DNA from: Gemmatimonadales bacterium
Lineage (GTDB): Bacteria > Gemmatimonadota > Gemmatimonadetes > Gemmatimonadales > GWC2-71-9
Assembly: GCA_035699205.1 (NCBI GenBank)
Contig: DASSBA010000209.1
Coordinates: 2,062-66,061 of the forward strand
Length of the DNA stretch: 64,000 nucleotides
Direction of reading: 5' to 3'
Below, one piece after another: positions 17,189 through 26,538 of this stretch. Made by a program: the position numbers and the translations under genes. The notes beneath the pieces are model-generated. The model worked only from the letters and a program-made list of their open reading frames with translations. It made no database searches and was not told the origin of the DNA. Every line of letters starts with the position of its first letter. The stretch's first letter is position 1.

Positions 17189-18918
17189 GAGCGCGGACCG
17201 CGGCGCTGGCGCTGCTCCTCGCGGGGCTCGCGCCCGGTGCGCTTCATGCGCAGGACCCGGGGATGTCCCGGGCGTTCGAGCTGGAGCGGCGGGGCAGCTA
17301 CGCCGCGGCAGCCGAGGCCTATCGGGCCGTGCTCGCCTCCCGGCCGACCAACGCGGCGGCACTGCTCGGGCTGGAGCGCGCCCTGCTGCCGCTCGACCGG
17401 TCCGCCGACATCCTGCCGGAGGTACGCGCGGCGCTCGCGGCCGGGCCGCCGGGCGCGGCGGTGTACGGCGTGGCCCTGCGGGCGTGGGCCGCGGACGACG
17501 AGCCCGACAGCATGCGCGCGGTGGCCGAGCGCTGGGCGGCGGCGGACCCCGGCGACGAGGCGCCGTACCGGGAATGGGGCGCCGCCGCGCTTGGCCGCCG
17601 AGACCGGCCCGGCGCGACCGCCGCGTATCTCCGCGGGCGGGAACAGTTGCACCGTCCCGACGCGCTGGCCGCCGAGCTGGCGCAGGTGGCCGTGGCCGAC
17701 GGGAACTACCGTGCCGCACTGCGGGAATGGCTCGCCGCCGTGCGCAGCTTGCCCGGGTATCGAGGCACCGCGGCAAGCACGCTCGCTCAGGCGCCGGACT
17801 CGCTGCGCCATGACCTGCTGGAGCAGCTCGGGCACGAGCGCGACCTCCCGGCCACGCGGCTGGAAGCCGATCTCCGCACCCGCTGGGGCGACCCACTCGG
17901 CGGGCTGAACGCGCTGGAGGTGGCGTTGCCGGACCAGCGCCCCGCCGCGGTCGAGGCACTGCACGGCCTCCTCGATCAGCTGCGCACCCAGCGCGGGCGC
18001 GATGCGCGCGCGGCCCAGGGGCGCGCCCTGGAGCTCATCGCCGAGCGCAGCCCCCAGTCGCAGCAGGCGCGCTTCCGGCTCGAGGCGGCGCGGGCATATA
18101 CCCAGGCCGGCGAGCGAGAGGCCGCCCGCCGGATGCTCGTCGGGATCGCCGACGACCGGGGGGCGCCGCCGGCCGTCTCCGCCGGCGCCTCGTCCACGCT
18201 CGTGCAGGTGCTGATCGGCGAGGGCAAGCTGGACGAGGCGGCGCGCCGGCTCGCCGAGCACCGGAGTGCAATGGCCGGCGACGAGTATGCCGGGCTGCGC
18301 CGCCGCCTCGTGCTCGGCTACCTCCACGCCGGCGACCTCACGCGCGCGGATTCCCTGCTTGGGGCCGACAGTACCGTGGACGGGCTCGCGCTGGCCGGCC
18401 GGATCCGACTCTACCAGGGCGATCTCGCGGGAGCCGCCGAGCGGTTCACGGCAGCCGGGCCCTTCGCGGGAGACCGGGACGAGGCCACCGAACGCACCGC
18501 ACTGCTGGCGCTGTTGCAGCCGATCGAGGCGGACACCCTTCCGGAGCTGGGGCGGGCGCTGCTGCAATTGGCCCAGGGCGACACCGCCCGGGCGATCGCG
18601 GGGCTCGATCGGGTGGCCCGCGCGCTGCCGCCCGCTCGGGGCGCGGCCGAGGTGCGGCTGCTGGCGGGCCGGCTCGCCGCGGCATCGGCCAGACCGGGCG
18701 ACGCGGAGCGGCTGCTCCGGGCCGCCGCGGTGCCCGACGCCCCGGGGACGGCGCCCGCGGCCGAGCTCGCCCTGGCCGAGGTGCTGCTCGACCAGAAACG
18801 GGCGGCGGAGGCCGTGGCGCAGCTCGAGCACCTGATCCTCACCTACCCCGGGAGCGCGCTCGTCCCTCAGGCCCGCCGGCGGCTGGACGAGGCGCGCGGC
18901 GCGGTGCCGCGAACATGA
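17185..18918 (+). CDS. TPR-like repeat protein with signal peptide
   Basis: The GTG at 17185 overlaps the upstream stop (GTGA). VRARTAALALLLAGLAPGALHAQ signal. Ala/Leu/Arg-rich helical repeats follow (AAEAYRAVLASRPTNAAALLGLERAL...). Confidence 0.65.
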   Translation: MRARTAALALLLAGLAPGALHAQDPGMSRAFELERRGSYAAAAEAYRAVLASRPTNAAALLGLERALLPLDRSADILPEVRAALAAGPPGAAVYGVALRAWAADDEPDSMRAVAERWAAADPGDEAPYREWGAAALGRRDRPGATAAYLRGREQLHRPDALAAELAQVAVADGNYRAALREWLAAVRSLPGYRGTAASTLAQAPDSLRHDLLEQLGHERDLPATRLEADLRTRWGDPLGGLNALEVALPDQRPAAVEALHGLLDQLRTQRGRDARAAQGRALELIAERSPQSQQARFRLEAARAYTQAGEREAARRMLVGIADDRGAPPAVSAGASSTLVQVLIGEGKLDEAARRLAEHRSAMAGDEYAGLRRRLVLGYLHAGDLTRADSLLGADSTVDGLALAGRIRLYQGDLAGAAERFTAAGPFAGDRDEATERTALLALLQPIEADTLPELGRALLQLAQGDTARAIAGLDRVARALPPARGAAEVRLLAGRLAAASARPGDAERLLRAAAVPDAPGTAPAAELALAEVLLDQKRAAEAVAQLEHLILTYPGSALVPQARRRLDEARGAVPRT

Positions 18919-20216
18919 AGCGGCGCGACTTCCTGGCGCGGGGCGGTGCCGGGCTGCTGGCGCTTTCGCCAGCGCTCTCGCCCGTGCTGTCGCGGCTTCG
19001 CCTTCCGTCGGCGGCTCCCTGGCTCCTCGTCCCGATGGACGACACGCAGGCCGATCACCTGAAAGCGTATGGCCTGGCGTTCCGCCTGCTCGAGCGGGGT
19101 GGCCGGGGGGAGTGGTTCCTCAACTACCGCAACGGTTCGTTCCTCCTCCCGGCCGACGGCGCCACCGCGCGCGATGCGGCGCTCAACGGTGTGACGACCG
19201 AGCCGCTCGACGACGGTCAGCTCGTGCAGCTCCGGGGCGAGGTTCAGGGCGGCAACATGGACGCGGTGCCGCTCGAGAAGGCGCCGAAGGTGGCTGTCTA
19301 CGCGCCGCCGAACGCCGCACCATGGGACGATGCCGTCACGATGGCGCTCAATTATGCGGGGATCAGGTTCGAGAAGGTCTGGGATCCCGAGGTGCTCGGC
19401 GCGAAGCTCAGGTCCTACGACTGGCTGCACCTCCACCACGAGGACTTCACCGGCCAGTATTCGAAGTTCTTCCTGAACTACGCCGGCGCCTCCTGGCTGG
19501 TGGACATGGTGGACCGGAACCGCGGGATGGCGCGCCAGCTGGGGTATCCGTCGGTGCCGGCGGAAAAGCGCGCGGTGGCCGTGGCGATTTCCGAGTTCGT
19601 GCGGCGGGGCGGGTTTCTCTTCGCCATGTGCACGGCCACGGAAACCCTCGACCTCGCGCTCGCCGCGGACAAGGTGGACATCGCCGCCGCCTACGCCGAT
19701 GGCACGCCGATGGACGCCGATGCCTCGGCCCGGATGCGATGGGACGAGGCCCTGGCCTTCCAGAACGCCGAACTCGAGTTGAGCCCGACGATTCCGGTCT
19801 ACTCCGACATCGACGGCCACCAGGTCAACTCGCCGGAGCGGCGCCAGCCGCTCGGCTCGTTCACCCTGTTCAACTTCAGCGCCAAGATCGACCCGGTCGC
19901 GACGATGCTGGTGCAGAATCACCGGCAGGTCATCCCCGACTTCTACGGACTCACCACCTCGTTCACCCGGAAGCGGCTCAAGCCGAGCGTCACGGTGCTG
20001 GCGGACGAGCCCGGGGCGCCATGGGTCAAGTACATCCATGGAGAGCATGGGCAGGGGACGTGGACCTTCTTCGGCGGTCACGATCCGGAGGACCCGCAGC
20101 ACCAGATCGGAGACGTGCCCACCGATCTGTCGCTGCACCCGCACTCGCCGGGGTACCGGCTCATCCTCAACAACGTGCTGTTTCCGGCGGCCAAGAAGAA
20201 GGAGCTGAAGACCTGA
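18915..20216 (+). CDS. Tat-signal secreted protein of unknown function
   Basis: MKRRDFLARGGAGLLAL twin-arginine motif. ATGA overlap with the upstream gene. Well-balanced amino-acid composition (not a shadow ORF). I cannot assign a family with confidence. Confidence 0.7.
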   Translation: MKRRDFLARGGAGLLALSPALSPVLSRLRLPSAAPWLLVPMDDTQADHLKAYGLAFRLLERGGRGEWFLNYRNGSFLLPADGATARDAALNGVTTEPLDDGQLVQLRGEVQGGNMDAVPLEKAPKVAVYAPPNAAPWDDAVTMALNYAGIRFEKVWDPEVLGAKLRSYDWLHLHHEDFTGQYSKFFLNYAGASWLVDMVDRNRGMARQLGYPSVPAEKRAVAVAISEFVRRGGFLFAMCTATETLDLALAADKVDIAAAYADGTPMDADASARMRWDEALAFQNAELELSPTIPVYSDIDGHQVNSPERRQPLGSFTLFNFSAKIDPVATMLVQNHRQVIPDFYGLTTSFTRKRLKPSVTVLADEPGAPWVKYIHGEHGQGTWTFFGGHDPEDPQHQIGDVPTDLSLHPHSPGYRLILNNVLFPAAKKKELKT

Positions 20217-20284
20217 ATGGTATTATGTTGGAGACGCTTCGCTCAGGGTGACTCCGTAACCTGCACGATCAAGGATCATCGACC

Positions 20285-22810
20285 GTGAGCGCAGCCCCCT
20301 CCGAACGCATCGCCCCCGGCGTCCGGGCCTTCCTGGCCGGCGAGATCGCCGACGCCGGCGGCCGCGAGGTGTCGTTCGTCGCCCAGGTGGACCGGGACGG
20401 CGTCGTGACCGCCGCGCGCGCGGTGGCGCGCGGCACGGTGGACATGGTGCTCGCGCTCCCCGGCATAGCCGTCCGCGGCGAAATGCTGCTGCACAACCAC
20501 CCGAGCGGCCGGCTCGACCCCTCCGGAGCCGACCTCGACGTGGCCGCCCGTCTGCACGACGCCGGTATCGGCTTCGGGATCGTGGACAACGGGGCCACCG
20601 CCCTCTACGTGGTGGTGGAGGTGCCGCACGATCGGCCGGTGCTCCGGATCGACCCCTTCGAAGTGATCGCCACGCTCGGCGAGCGCGGGCCCGTTGCCGG
20701 GCAGCTCGGCCAGTTCGAGGACCGGCGCAGCCAGCGCGACATGGCCGCCTACGTCGCGGACGGCTACAACGACGGCGGGGTGCAGCTGCTGGAGGCGGGC
20801 ACCGGGGTGGGGAAGTCGTTCGCCTACCTGGTGCCCGCGCTCCACTGGGCGCGCGTCAACGGCGAGCGCACGGTCGTCAGCACCAACACGATCAATCTCC
20901 AGGAACAGCTGGTCGGCAAGGACCTGCCGCTGCTCCGGCGCGCCCTCCAGACCGCCGATTACAAGCCGACGTTCGCGCTGCTCAAGGGTTGGCGGAACTA
21001 TCTCTGCCTGTCGCGCATGCACCAGGCGGTGGCGTCCCAGCGGACGCTGCTGGAGCAGGAGAAGCTCGACGAGCTGGTCGGCATCGCCGAGTGGGCGGGG
21101 CACACCGCCGACGGTACGCTCAGCGATCTCCCGGTCACGCCGTCGGGCGAGGTGTGGGACGAGGTGAGCGCCGAGGCCGACCTCTGCACCCGCCTCAAGT
21201 GCACGCACTTCGACAAGTGCTTCCTGTTCCGGGCCCGGCGGCGCGCCGCCGAGGCGGACGTGGTGGTGGTCAACCACCACCTGCTCGCCGCCGACCTCTC
21301 GGTGCGCCAGGCGCAGGACAACTGGGAGGAAGCGGCGGTGCTGCCGCCCTACCGGCGGCTCGTCCTGGACGAGGCGCACCATCTCGAGGACGTCGCGGCC
21401 GCCCACCTCGGCACCCAGGTGAGCAGCCGGGCGGTGCGCCGCCTGCTCGCGCGGTTCGAGCGGAACGGCCGCGGGCTGGCGCCGACGCTGGCGCACGAGC
21501 TGATGGGCCGGAGCGATCTGCTGAGCCGGGCCAGTCTGGATCTGCTCAAGCAGCGGCTGCTGCCGGCGCTGGCCGACGCGCGCCGCGCCGGCGAGGCGAT
21601 GTTCCTCCGGCTGTACCAGCGGCTCGACGGATTGCCGGCGGGGCAGCTCCGGCTGGCGGACGACTTCGCGACCGACGAGATCTGGGACCAGGGGCTCGGC
21701 TTCGAGCTCGACGCCACGCTCGGGGCGTTCCGCTCGCTGCGGGAGACCGTCGAGACCATCGCCGACCGGCTGGCGGAGTCCGAGGAGACCGAACGCCGGG
21801 GCGCCATTCTCCAGGAGCTGCGCGCGGTCATGCGCCGGCTGGACAGCGTCTCGGACGGCCTCAACCGCACGCTCCGGCCCGGCGCCCGGGCGAACGGGGC
21901 CGGAGCACCGACCGTGCGTTGGATGGAGCGGAGCCAGCGCGGGCAGCAGGTGAGCCTCTCGGCGGTGCCGCTCGACCTCGCGCCCGTGCTCCGGGCGCTC
22001 CTGTTCGACCGGCTCGACACCGTGGTGCTCACGAGCGCCACGCTCGCCGCGGGCGGGGAGTTCGGCTTCCTGGAGTCGCGCCTCGGCCTGGCGGGCGAGG
22101 ACTCCCCGGTCACGGTGCGCGAGGCCTTCGCGTCGCCGTTCGACTATCCCTCGCAGTGCGTGTTCGGCATCCCCAACGACATGCCCGAGCCGCGCGAGGA
22201 CGAGCACGCCCACGCCACCGCGGTGGTGCAAGTCGTCACCGACCTGGCCTACGCGTCGGACGGCGGGATGTTCGTGCTCTTCACCAGCCACGCGGCACTG
22301 CGCAAGGCGGCACACGAGGTGCGGGCGGTGCTCGGCAGCCGCTGGCCCATCCTGGTGCAGGGAGAGGGGCCGCGCGACGTCCTTCTCCGGCGGTTCCGCG
22401 AGGCGGAGAACGCCATCCTGCTCGGCACGGATTCGTTCTGGGAAGGGGTCGATGTGCCCGGCCGCGCGCTCCGCACGCTGGTGCTCAACAAGCTACCTTT
22501 CAAGGTGCCCAGCGAGCCGCTCACGGCGGCGCGGCTCGAGCGGCTGGCGGAAGAGGGGCAGGACGGGTTCATGAACTATCTCCTGCCCCACGCCGCGCTC
22601 AAGCTCAAGCAGGGCTTCGGCCGCCTGATCCGGAGCCGGCAGGACATGGGCGTCGTGGTGCTGCTCGACAGCCGGGTGGTCACCAAGCGCTATGGGCCGC
22701 TGCTCCTCGGGGGCCTGCCGCGCGCCGAGCGGATCATCGGGAGCTGGGCGCAGGTCCGTACCAGGTGCGAGGACTTCTTCGCCCGGCACGGCATCGGGGC
22801 GGTCGCGTGA
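20285..22810 (+). CDS. dinG: RadC-like JAB/MPN+ domain fused to a DinG/XPD-family Fe-S DNA helicase
   Basis: The N-terminal ~115 aa carry GREVSF...HNHPSGRLDPSGADLD (E...HxHx7Sx2D JAMM motif in its RadC form). Then come Walker A AGTGVGKS, four Cys (CLSR, CTRLKCTHFDKC), DEAH (VLDEAHHLE), and helicase C motifs (LLGTDSFWEGVDVPG, QGFGRLIRS). GTG start. Confidence 0.85.
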   Translation: MSAAPSERIAPGVRAFLAGEIADAGGREVSFVAQVDRDGVVTAARAVARGTVDMVLALPGIAVRGEMLLHNHPSGRLDPSGADLDVAARLHDAGIGFGIVDNGATALYVVVEVPHDRPVLRIDPFEVIATLGERGPVAGQLGQFEDRRSQRDMAAYVADGYNDGGVQLLEAGTGVGKSFAYLVPALHWARVNGERTVVSTNTINLQEQLVGKDLPLLRRALQTADYKPTFALLKGWRNYLCLSRMHQAVASQRTLLEQEKLDELVGIAEWAGHTADGTLSDLPVTPSGEVWDEVSAEADLCTRLKCTHFDKCFLFRARRRAAEADVVVVNHHLLAADLSVRQAQDNWEEAAVLPPYRRLVLDEAHHLEDVAAAHLGTQVSSRAVRRLLARFERNGRGLAPTLAHELMGRSDLLSRASLDLLKQRLLPALADARRAGEAMFLRLYQRLDGLPAGQLRLADDFATDEIWDQGLGFELDATLGAFRSLRETVETIADRLAESEETERRGAILQELRAVMRRLDSVSDGLNRTLRPGARANGAGAPTVRWMERSQRGQQVSLSAVPLDLAPVLRALLFDRLDTVVLTSATLAAGGEFGFLESRLGLAGEDSPVTVREAFASPFDYPSQCVFGIPNDMPEPREDEHAHATAVVQVVTDLAYASDGGMFVLFTSHAALRKAAHEVRAVLGSRWPILVQGEGPRDVLLRRFREAENAILLGTDSFWEGVDVPGRALRTLVLNKLPFKVPSEPLTAARLERLAEEGQDGFMNYLLPHAALKLKQGFGRLIRSRQDMGVVVLLDSRVVTKRYGPLLLGGLPRAERIIGSWAQVRTRCEDFFARHGIGAVA

Positions 22811-23433
22811 ACGTGGTGCGTCCGTCGAAGATCGTCTGCGTCGGGCGGAACTACCTGGCCCACGCGAAGGAGCTGGGCAATGAGGTTCCCCCGGTTCCGA
22901 TGCTCTTCCTCAAGCCGCCCAGCGCGCTCATCGGCCCCGGCGAGCCGATCATGCTCCCCGGCGTGTCGCGCCAGGTCGAGTACGAGGCCGAGATCGGCGT
23001 GGTCATCGGCTCGCGGCTGCAGCGCGTGGACGAGGCGCAGGCGGAGCGGGGAATCAAAGGTTACGTGTGCGTGAACGACGTCACCTGCCGCGACCTCCAG
23101 AAGACGGATGGCCAGTGGGGCCGCGCCAAGGGGTTCGACACGTTCTGTCCGGTCGGCCCCGCGGTGCGGAACGGCCTGGACTGGCGGGCGCTCGAGGTGA
23201 TCTGCCGGGTCAACGGCGCGGAGCGCCAGCGCGCGCCGGCCACGGACATGCATTTCTCCATTCCGGCGCTGGTGGCGTTCATCAGCGGCATCATGACCCT
23301 GGAGCCGGGCGATCTGATCGCCACCGGCACGCCGGCCGGTGTCGGCCCCCTCCACCACGGCGACGTCGTCGAGGTCGAGATCCCCGGCGTCGGCGTCCTC
23401 TCCAACCCCGTTCGCGACGGCACCGCCCGATGA
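22807..23433 (+). CDS. Fumarylacetoacetate hydrolase (FAH) family protein
   Basis: VVRPSKIVCVGRNYLAHAKELG...EYEAEIGVVIG...NDVTCRDLQ...KGFDTFCPVGP...GDLIATGTPAGVG. The GTG start overlaps the dinG stop. Confidence 0.88.
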   Translation: MNVVRPSKIVCVGRNYLAHAKELGNEVPPVPMLFLKPPSALIGPGEPIMLPGVSRQVEYEAEIGVVIGSRLQRVDEAQAERGIKGYVCVNDVTCRDLQKTDGQWGRAKGFDTFCPVGPAVRNGLDWRALEVICRVNGAERQRAPATDMHFSIPALVAFISGIMTLEPGDLIATGTPAGVGPLHHGDVVEVEIPGVGVLSNPVRDGTAR

Positions 23434-24626
23434 TCGAATTCAGCCAGCGTCTTCACGCGCTCCCCGGCTACCCGCTCGCCGAGATCCCGACGCTCAAGCG
23501 CCGGCTCCTCGAGGCGGGGGTGGACGTCATCGACCTCGGCGCGGGCGACAATGACGCGCCGCCGCCGGACGCGGCCGTCGCGGCGATGACCGAGGCGTTG
23601 CGCGATCCGGCCTACAGCAAGTACGGCTTCCAGCAGGGGCTGCCGGCGTTCCGGCAGGCGGCTTCGCGTTGGGTGGAACGGCGGTTTGGTCTCCGCTTCG
23701 ATCCGTTCACCGAGACGCTGCCGCTCATCGGCAGCAAGGAAGGGCTGTCTCACCTGCCCCTGGCGGTGGTGAACCCGGGCGATGCCACCATCGTCCCCGA
23801 GCCGGGCTACCAGGCCTATGCGGGCGGCTCGATCCTGGCGGGCGCGGAGCCGTACATCGCGCCGCTGCGGCCGGAGCAGGATTTCCTGCTGGAGCTCGAG
23901 CGGGTGCCCGAGGCCGTGCTGCGCCGGGCCAAGCTGGTGTTCGTCAACTACCCAAACAATCCTACGGCGGCGGTCGCCACTCCGGAGTATCTCGAGCGCA
24001 CGGTCGCAATCTGCCGGCGGCACGGCATGCTCCTCGCCTACGACAACGCCTATTGCGATCTCACGTTCGACGGCTATCGCGCGCCCAGCATCTTCGAGAT
24101 CGCCGGGGCCCGCGAGGTGGCGATCGAATTCTTCTCGCTCTCCAAGAGCTTCTCGATGACCGGCTGGCGGCTCGGATTCGCCGTGGGACGTCCCGAGCTG
24201 ATCAGCGCCCTGACCCGGGTCAAGTCATACGTCGATACCGGGCCGTTCCTGGCGGTGCAGAAGGCGGGGGCCGCGGCGCTCGACCAGGCCGAAGCGCTGG
24301 TGGCGCCGATCCGGACGGAGCTCGAACGGCGCCGCGATGCCGCGGTGGCCGCGCTGCGTGAGGCCGGGTTCTCGCTCGAGGCGCCGAAGGCCGCGATGTA
24401 TCTCTGGATCGCGCTGCCGGCGGGTGTCCTGTCGGCGGCGTTCGCGAAGCGTGCGCTGGAGGAAACGGGCGTCGTCGTGCTGCCGGGCAGCGGGTTCGGT
24501 CCCGCGGGCGAAGGGTTTTTCCGAATCGCGCTCACCGTCGGTGCCGATCGCCTGCGGCTCGCAGCGGTCCGGCTCGGCCAGACGCTCGGCGCCATGCGTC
24601 GAGGGGAGCTTGCGCCCACTCGCTGA
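23430..24626 (+). CDS. Class I/II PLP-dependent aminotransferase (DapL/AspC-like)
   Basis: MIEFSQRLHALPGYPLAEI...NYPNNPTAA...FSLSKSFSMTGWRLGF (PLP lysine motif). ATGA overlap with the FAH gene. Confidence 0.85.
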   Translation: MIEFSQRLHALPGYPLAEIPTLKRRLLEAGVDVIDLGAGDNDAPPPDAAVAAMTEALRDPAYSKYGFQQGLPAFRQAASRWVERRFGLRFDPFTETLPLIGSKEGLSHLPLAVVNPGDATIVPEPGYQAYAGGSILAGAEPYIAPLRPEQDFLLELERVPEAVLRRAKLVFVNYPNNPTAAVATPEYLERTVAICRRHGMLLAYDNAYCDLTFDGYRAPSIFEIAGAREVAIEFFSLSKSFSMTGWRLGFAVGRPELISALTRVKSYVDTGPFLAVQKAGAAALDQAEALVAPIRTELERRRDAAVAALREAGFSLEAPKAAMYLWIALPAGVLSAAFAKRALEETGVVVLPGSGFGPAGEGFFRIALTVGADRLRLAAVRLGQTLGAMRRGELAPTR

Positions 24627-25476
24627 GCTCGGGCTGCCGCCCAGGCGGCCCTGGCCATGGATCGCGATCCTGGCCAGTCTTGCCGTGCACGGCCTCCTGC
24701 TGTTCGGCTTCCTCGAAGCTCCTCGGCCCGCACCCCCGCACCGGAGCTCCGCCATTCTCCTGCTGCTGCCTCCCGCCGAAGGACCGGCCGCCGTGCCGAT
24801 GCCGTACCGCACGCCAGCCGCGCCCGGTCGCACGCCGACCGGGACCTCCACCAGGCGCTCGGCGCGCCCGGCGCTTCGCCCGCCGCCGCGGACGATCACC
24901 GCGTTGCCGGAGCCCCGGCCGGAGCCGGCGCCGGTCGACACCGGCGGGGCACCCGCGTCGCGCCCCCGCCCCTCCATCGGCCGCATCGGGCCGGGGCTCG
25001 CCAACGGCCGGCTGTGGGTCCGCCCGCTTCCGCTGCCGCCCAAGGAGTTGGCCCAGCGGCTCAGCCGGGACCACGTGCAGCTGGTGGACAGCGCCGTGAC
25101 CGCGATCGTGCAGGCGTACCTCGACTCGATCGCCAACGAACCGTCGTCGCGGGGGCAGACGCTGCCGAGCTGGACGACCGAGGTGGCGGGCAAGAAATTC
25201 GGCATCGACTCGAAGAGCATTTACATTGCCGGCCTCAAGATCCCCGCGGCCGTCCTGGCCTTGCTGCCGATCGGCGGCGGGAACATCGATCAGAACCGCG
25301 CGTACAACCATCTCATGGACATGCGAGCGGATCTGCAGTACGCGGCCCAACGGGCGGAGAATCTCGAGGAGTTCAAGACGATGATTCGGGAGATGCGGCT
25401 TCGCAAGGAGCGGGAGCGCGAGTTCGAGCGGAACCAGCGCACGGCCCCGCCGCCCGAGGAGCCGGCCACCCCATGA
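24610..25476 (+). CDS. Hypothetical membrane-anchored Pro-rich protein
   Basis: One TM helix (PWIAILASLAVHGLLLFGFL), a Pro-rich linker and a conserved-looking C-terminal domain ending in a charged helix (MRLRKEREREFERNQR). The start is uncertain: it may be the TTG at 24610, and the track ORF start at 24337 lies inside the aminotransferase gene. Confidence 0.55.
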   Translation: MRPLAELGLPPRRPWPWIAILASLAVHGLLLFGFLEAPRPAPPHRSSAILLLLPPAEGPAAVPMPYRTPAAPGRTPTGTSTRRSARPALRPPPRTITALPEPRPEPAPVDTGGAPASRPRPSIGRIGPGLANGRLWVRPLPLPPKELAQRLSRDHVQLVDSAVTAIVQAYLDSIANEPSSRGQTLPSWTTEVAGKKFGIDSKSIYIAGLKIPAAVLALLPIGGGNIDQNRAYNHLMDMRADLQYAAQRAENLEEFKTMIREMRLRKEREREFERNQRTAPPPEEPATP

Positions 25477-25498
25477 TCGCGGAGAGGACGGCATCACG

Positions 25499-25942
25499 AT
25501 GAAGCTCGTGGACACCGAGGAGACGGTCGTGCTGGTGACCGGCTCGTCCGCCACCGCCGAGGAGCGAGACCGGCCGCTGGCCGACCTGCTCAAGTCCGAA
25601 ATCGACCGCCGCGGGGCGGGGCACGCCTACCGCCGCGCGGTGGTGGTGGGCGACGTATGGTACCTGGAGAACCGGCTGTTCCACCTGAACCCGACGATCG
25701 CGATCGGGGGGCCGGGCGTGAACGGGGTTGCCCAGGAATTCAGCGGCTTCCTCGCCACGGTCTACAGCCGCGAGGAGGAGGTCTTCGTTCAGGCGGACTT
25801 CGAGGGCGAGCTGAAGCGGGCGGCGTTGTGGGGGGTGAACTCGACGTGCACCGCCTCGGCGGTCGAGGCGTTCAGCGCCCGGGGATTCCTGGATGAGCTG
25901 CTCGGGAAGATCTGGAGATTTCGGGTGGGGATGTTCGTTTGA
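25499..25942 (+). CDS. Hypothetical protein (147 aa)
   Basis: Balanced composition and an ATG start 22 nt after the previous gene. No family recognised. Confidence 0.55.
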   Translation: MKLVDTEETVVLVTGSSATAEERDRPLADLLKSEIDRRGAGHAYRRAVVVGDVWYLENRLFHLNPTIAIGGPGVNGVAQEFSGFLATVYSREEEVFVQADFEGELKRAALWGVNSTCTASAVEAFSARGFLDELLGKIWRFRVGMFV

Positions 25943-25956
25943 GGAGGTGAGCCCGC

Positions 25957-26538
25957 TCAGTTCTCACCGCCTTCCAGCCCCAACAGATCCGCCAGCGCCC
26001 GATCCACCACTTCCGACGTCTCACCCTCGATGATTCTGCGCAGCACGTCCACCGCCTCGAGCGGCAGGCTCTCGGGGTGGACCCGGTCACGCTCGTAGCG
26101 GACGATATTGCCCAGCGGGATCGGCGCCACGGCGGGGTCCTCGTCCGGCTCATCCTCATCCTCTTCCACCACCGACTCGTAGGATGACCCGGGCACGCTC
26201 GCGCTCCACGGCTCGTCCTCCTCGTCCTCCTCGTCGGGCAGCGGGACCATCGCGTACAGTTGGCACTGGAGGCCCGGGGGCGCCGTGCGTGCCACCAGAA
26301 CGACCTGGACCGGCTCGTCGAAGATCCCGTAATCGTGGATCTGGCCCCATGCCTCCGGCGGCAGCACCGCGCGCGCCACCAGGCGCCCGTTGCGGTAGCT
26401 GCCCATGCAGACCATGCCGTCGGGGACGCGCTCGTCCTGAAGCAGGCCGACCGTGAGCTGCACGGGGTGCTCGGTGGCGGCGATGGCGGCGGGAGCGGGG
26501 CTGTCGCCGCCCGCCGGCCGGGGGGAATCGCTGGTCAT
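25957..26538 (-). CDS. Hypothetical acidic protein (193 aa)
   Basis: ATGA overlap with the upstream capA-like gene. Contains acidic tracts DEEDEEDEPW and EEDEDEPDED. No family recognised. Confidence 0.55.
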   Translation of the reverse strand: MTSDSPRPAGGDSPAPAAIAATEHPVQLTVGLLQDERVPDGMVCMGSYRNGRLVARAVLPPEAWGQIHDYGIFDEPVQVVLVARTAPPGLQCQLYAMVPLPDEEDEEDEPWSASVPGSSYESVVEEDEDEPDEDPAVAPIPLGNIVRYERDRVHPESLPLEAVDVLRRIIEGETSEVVDRALADLLGLEGGEN

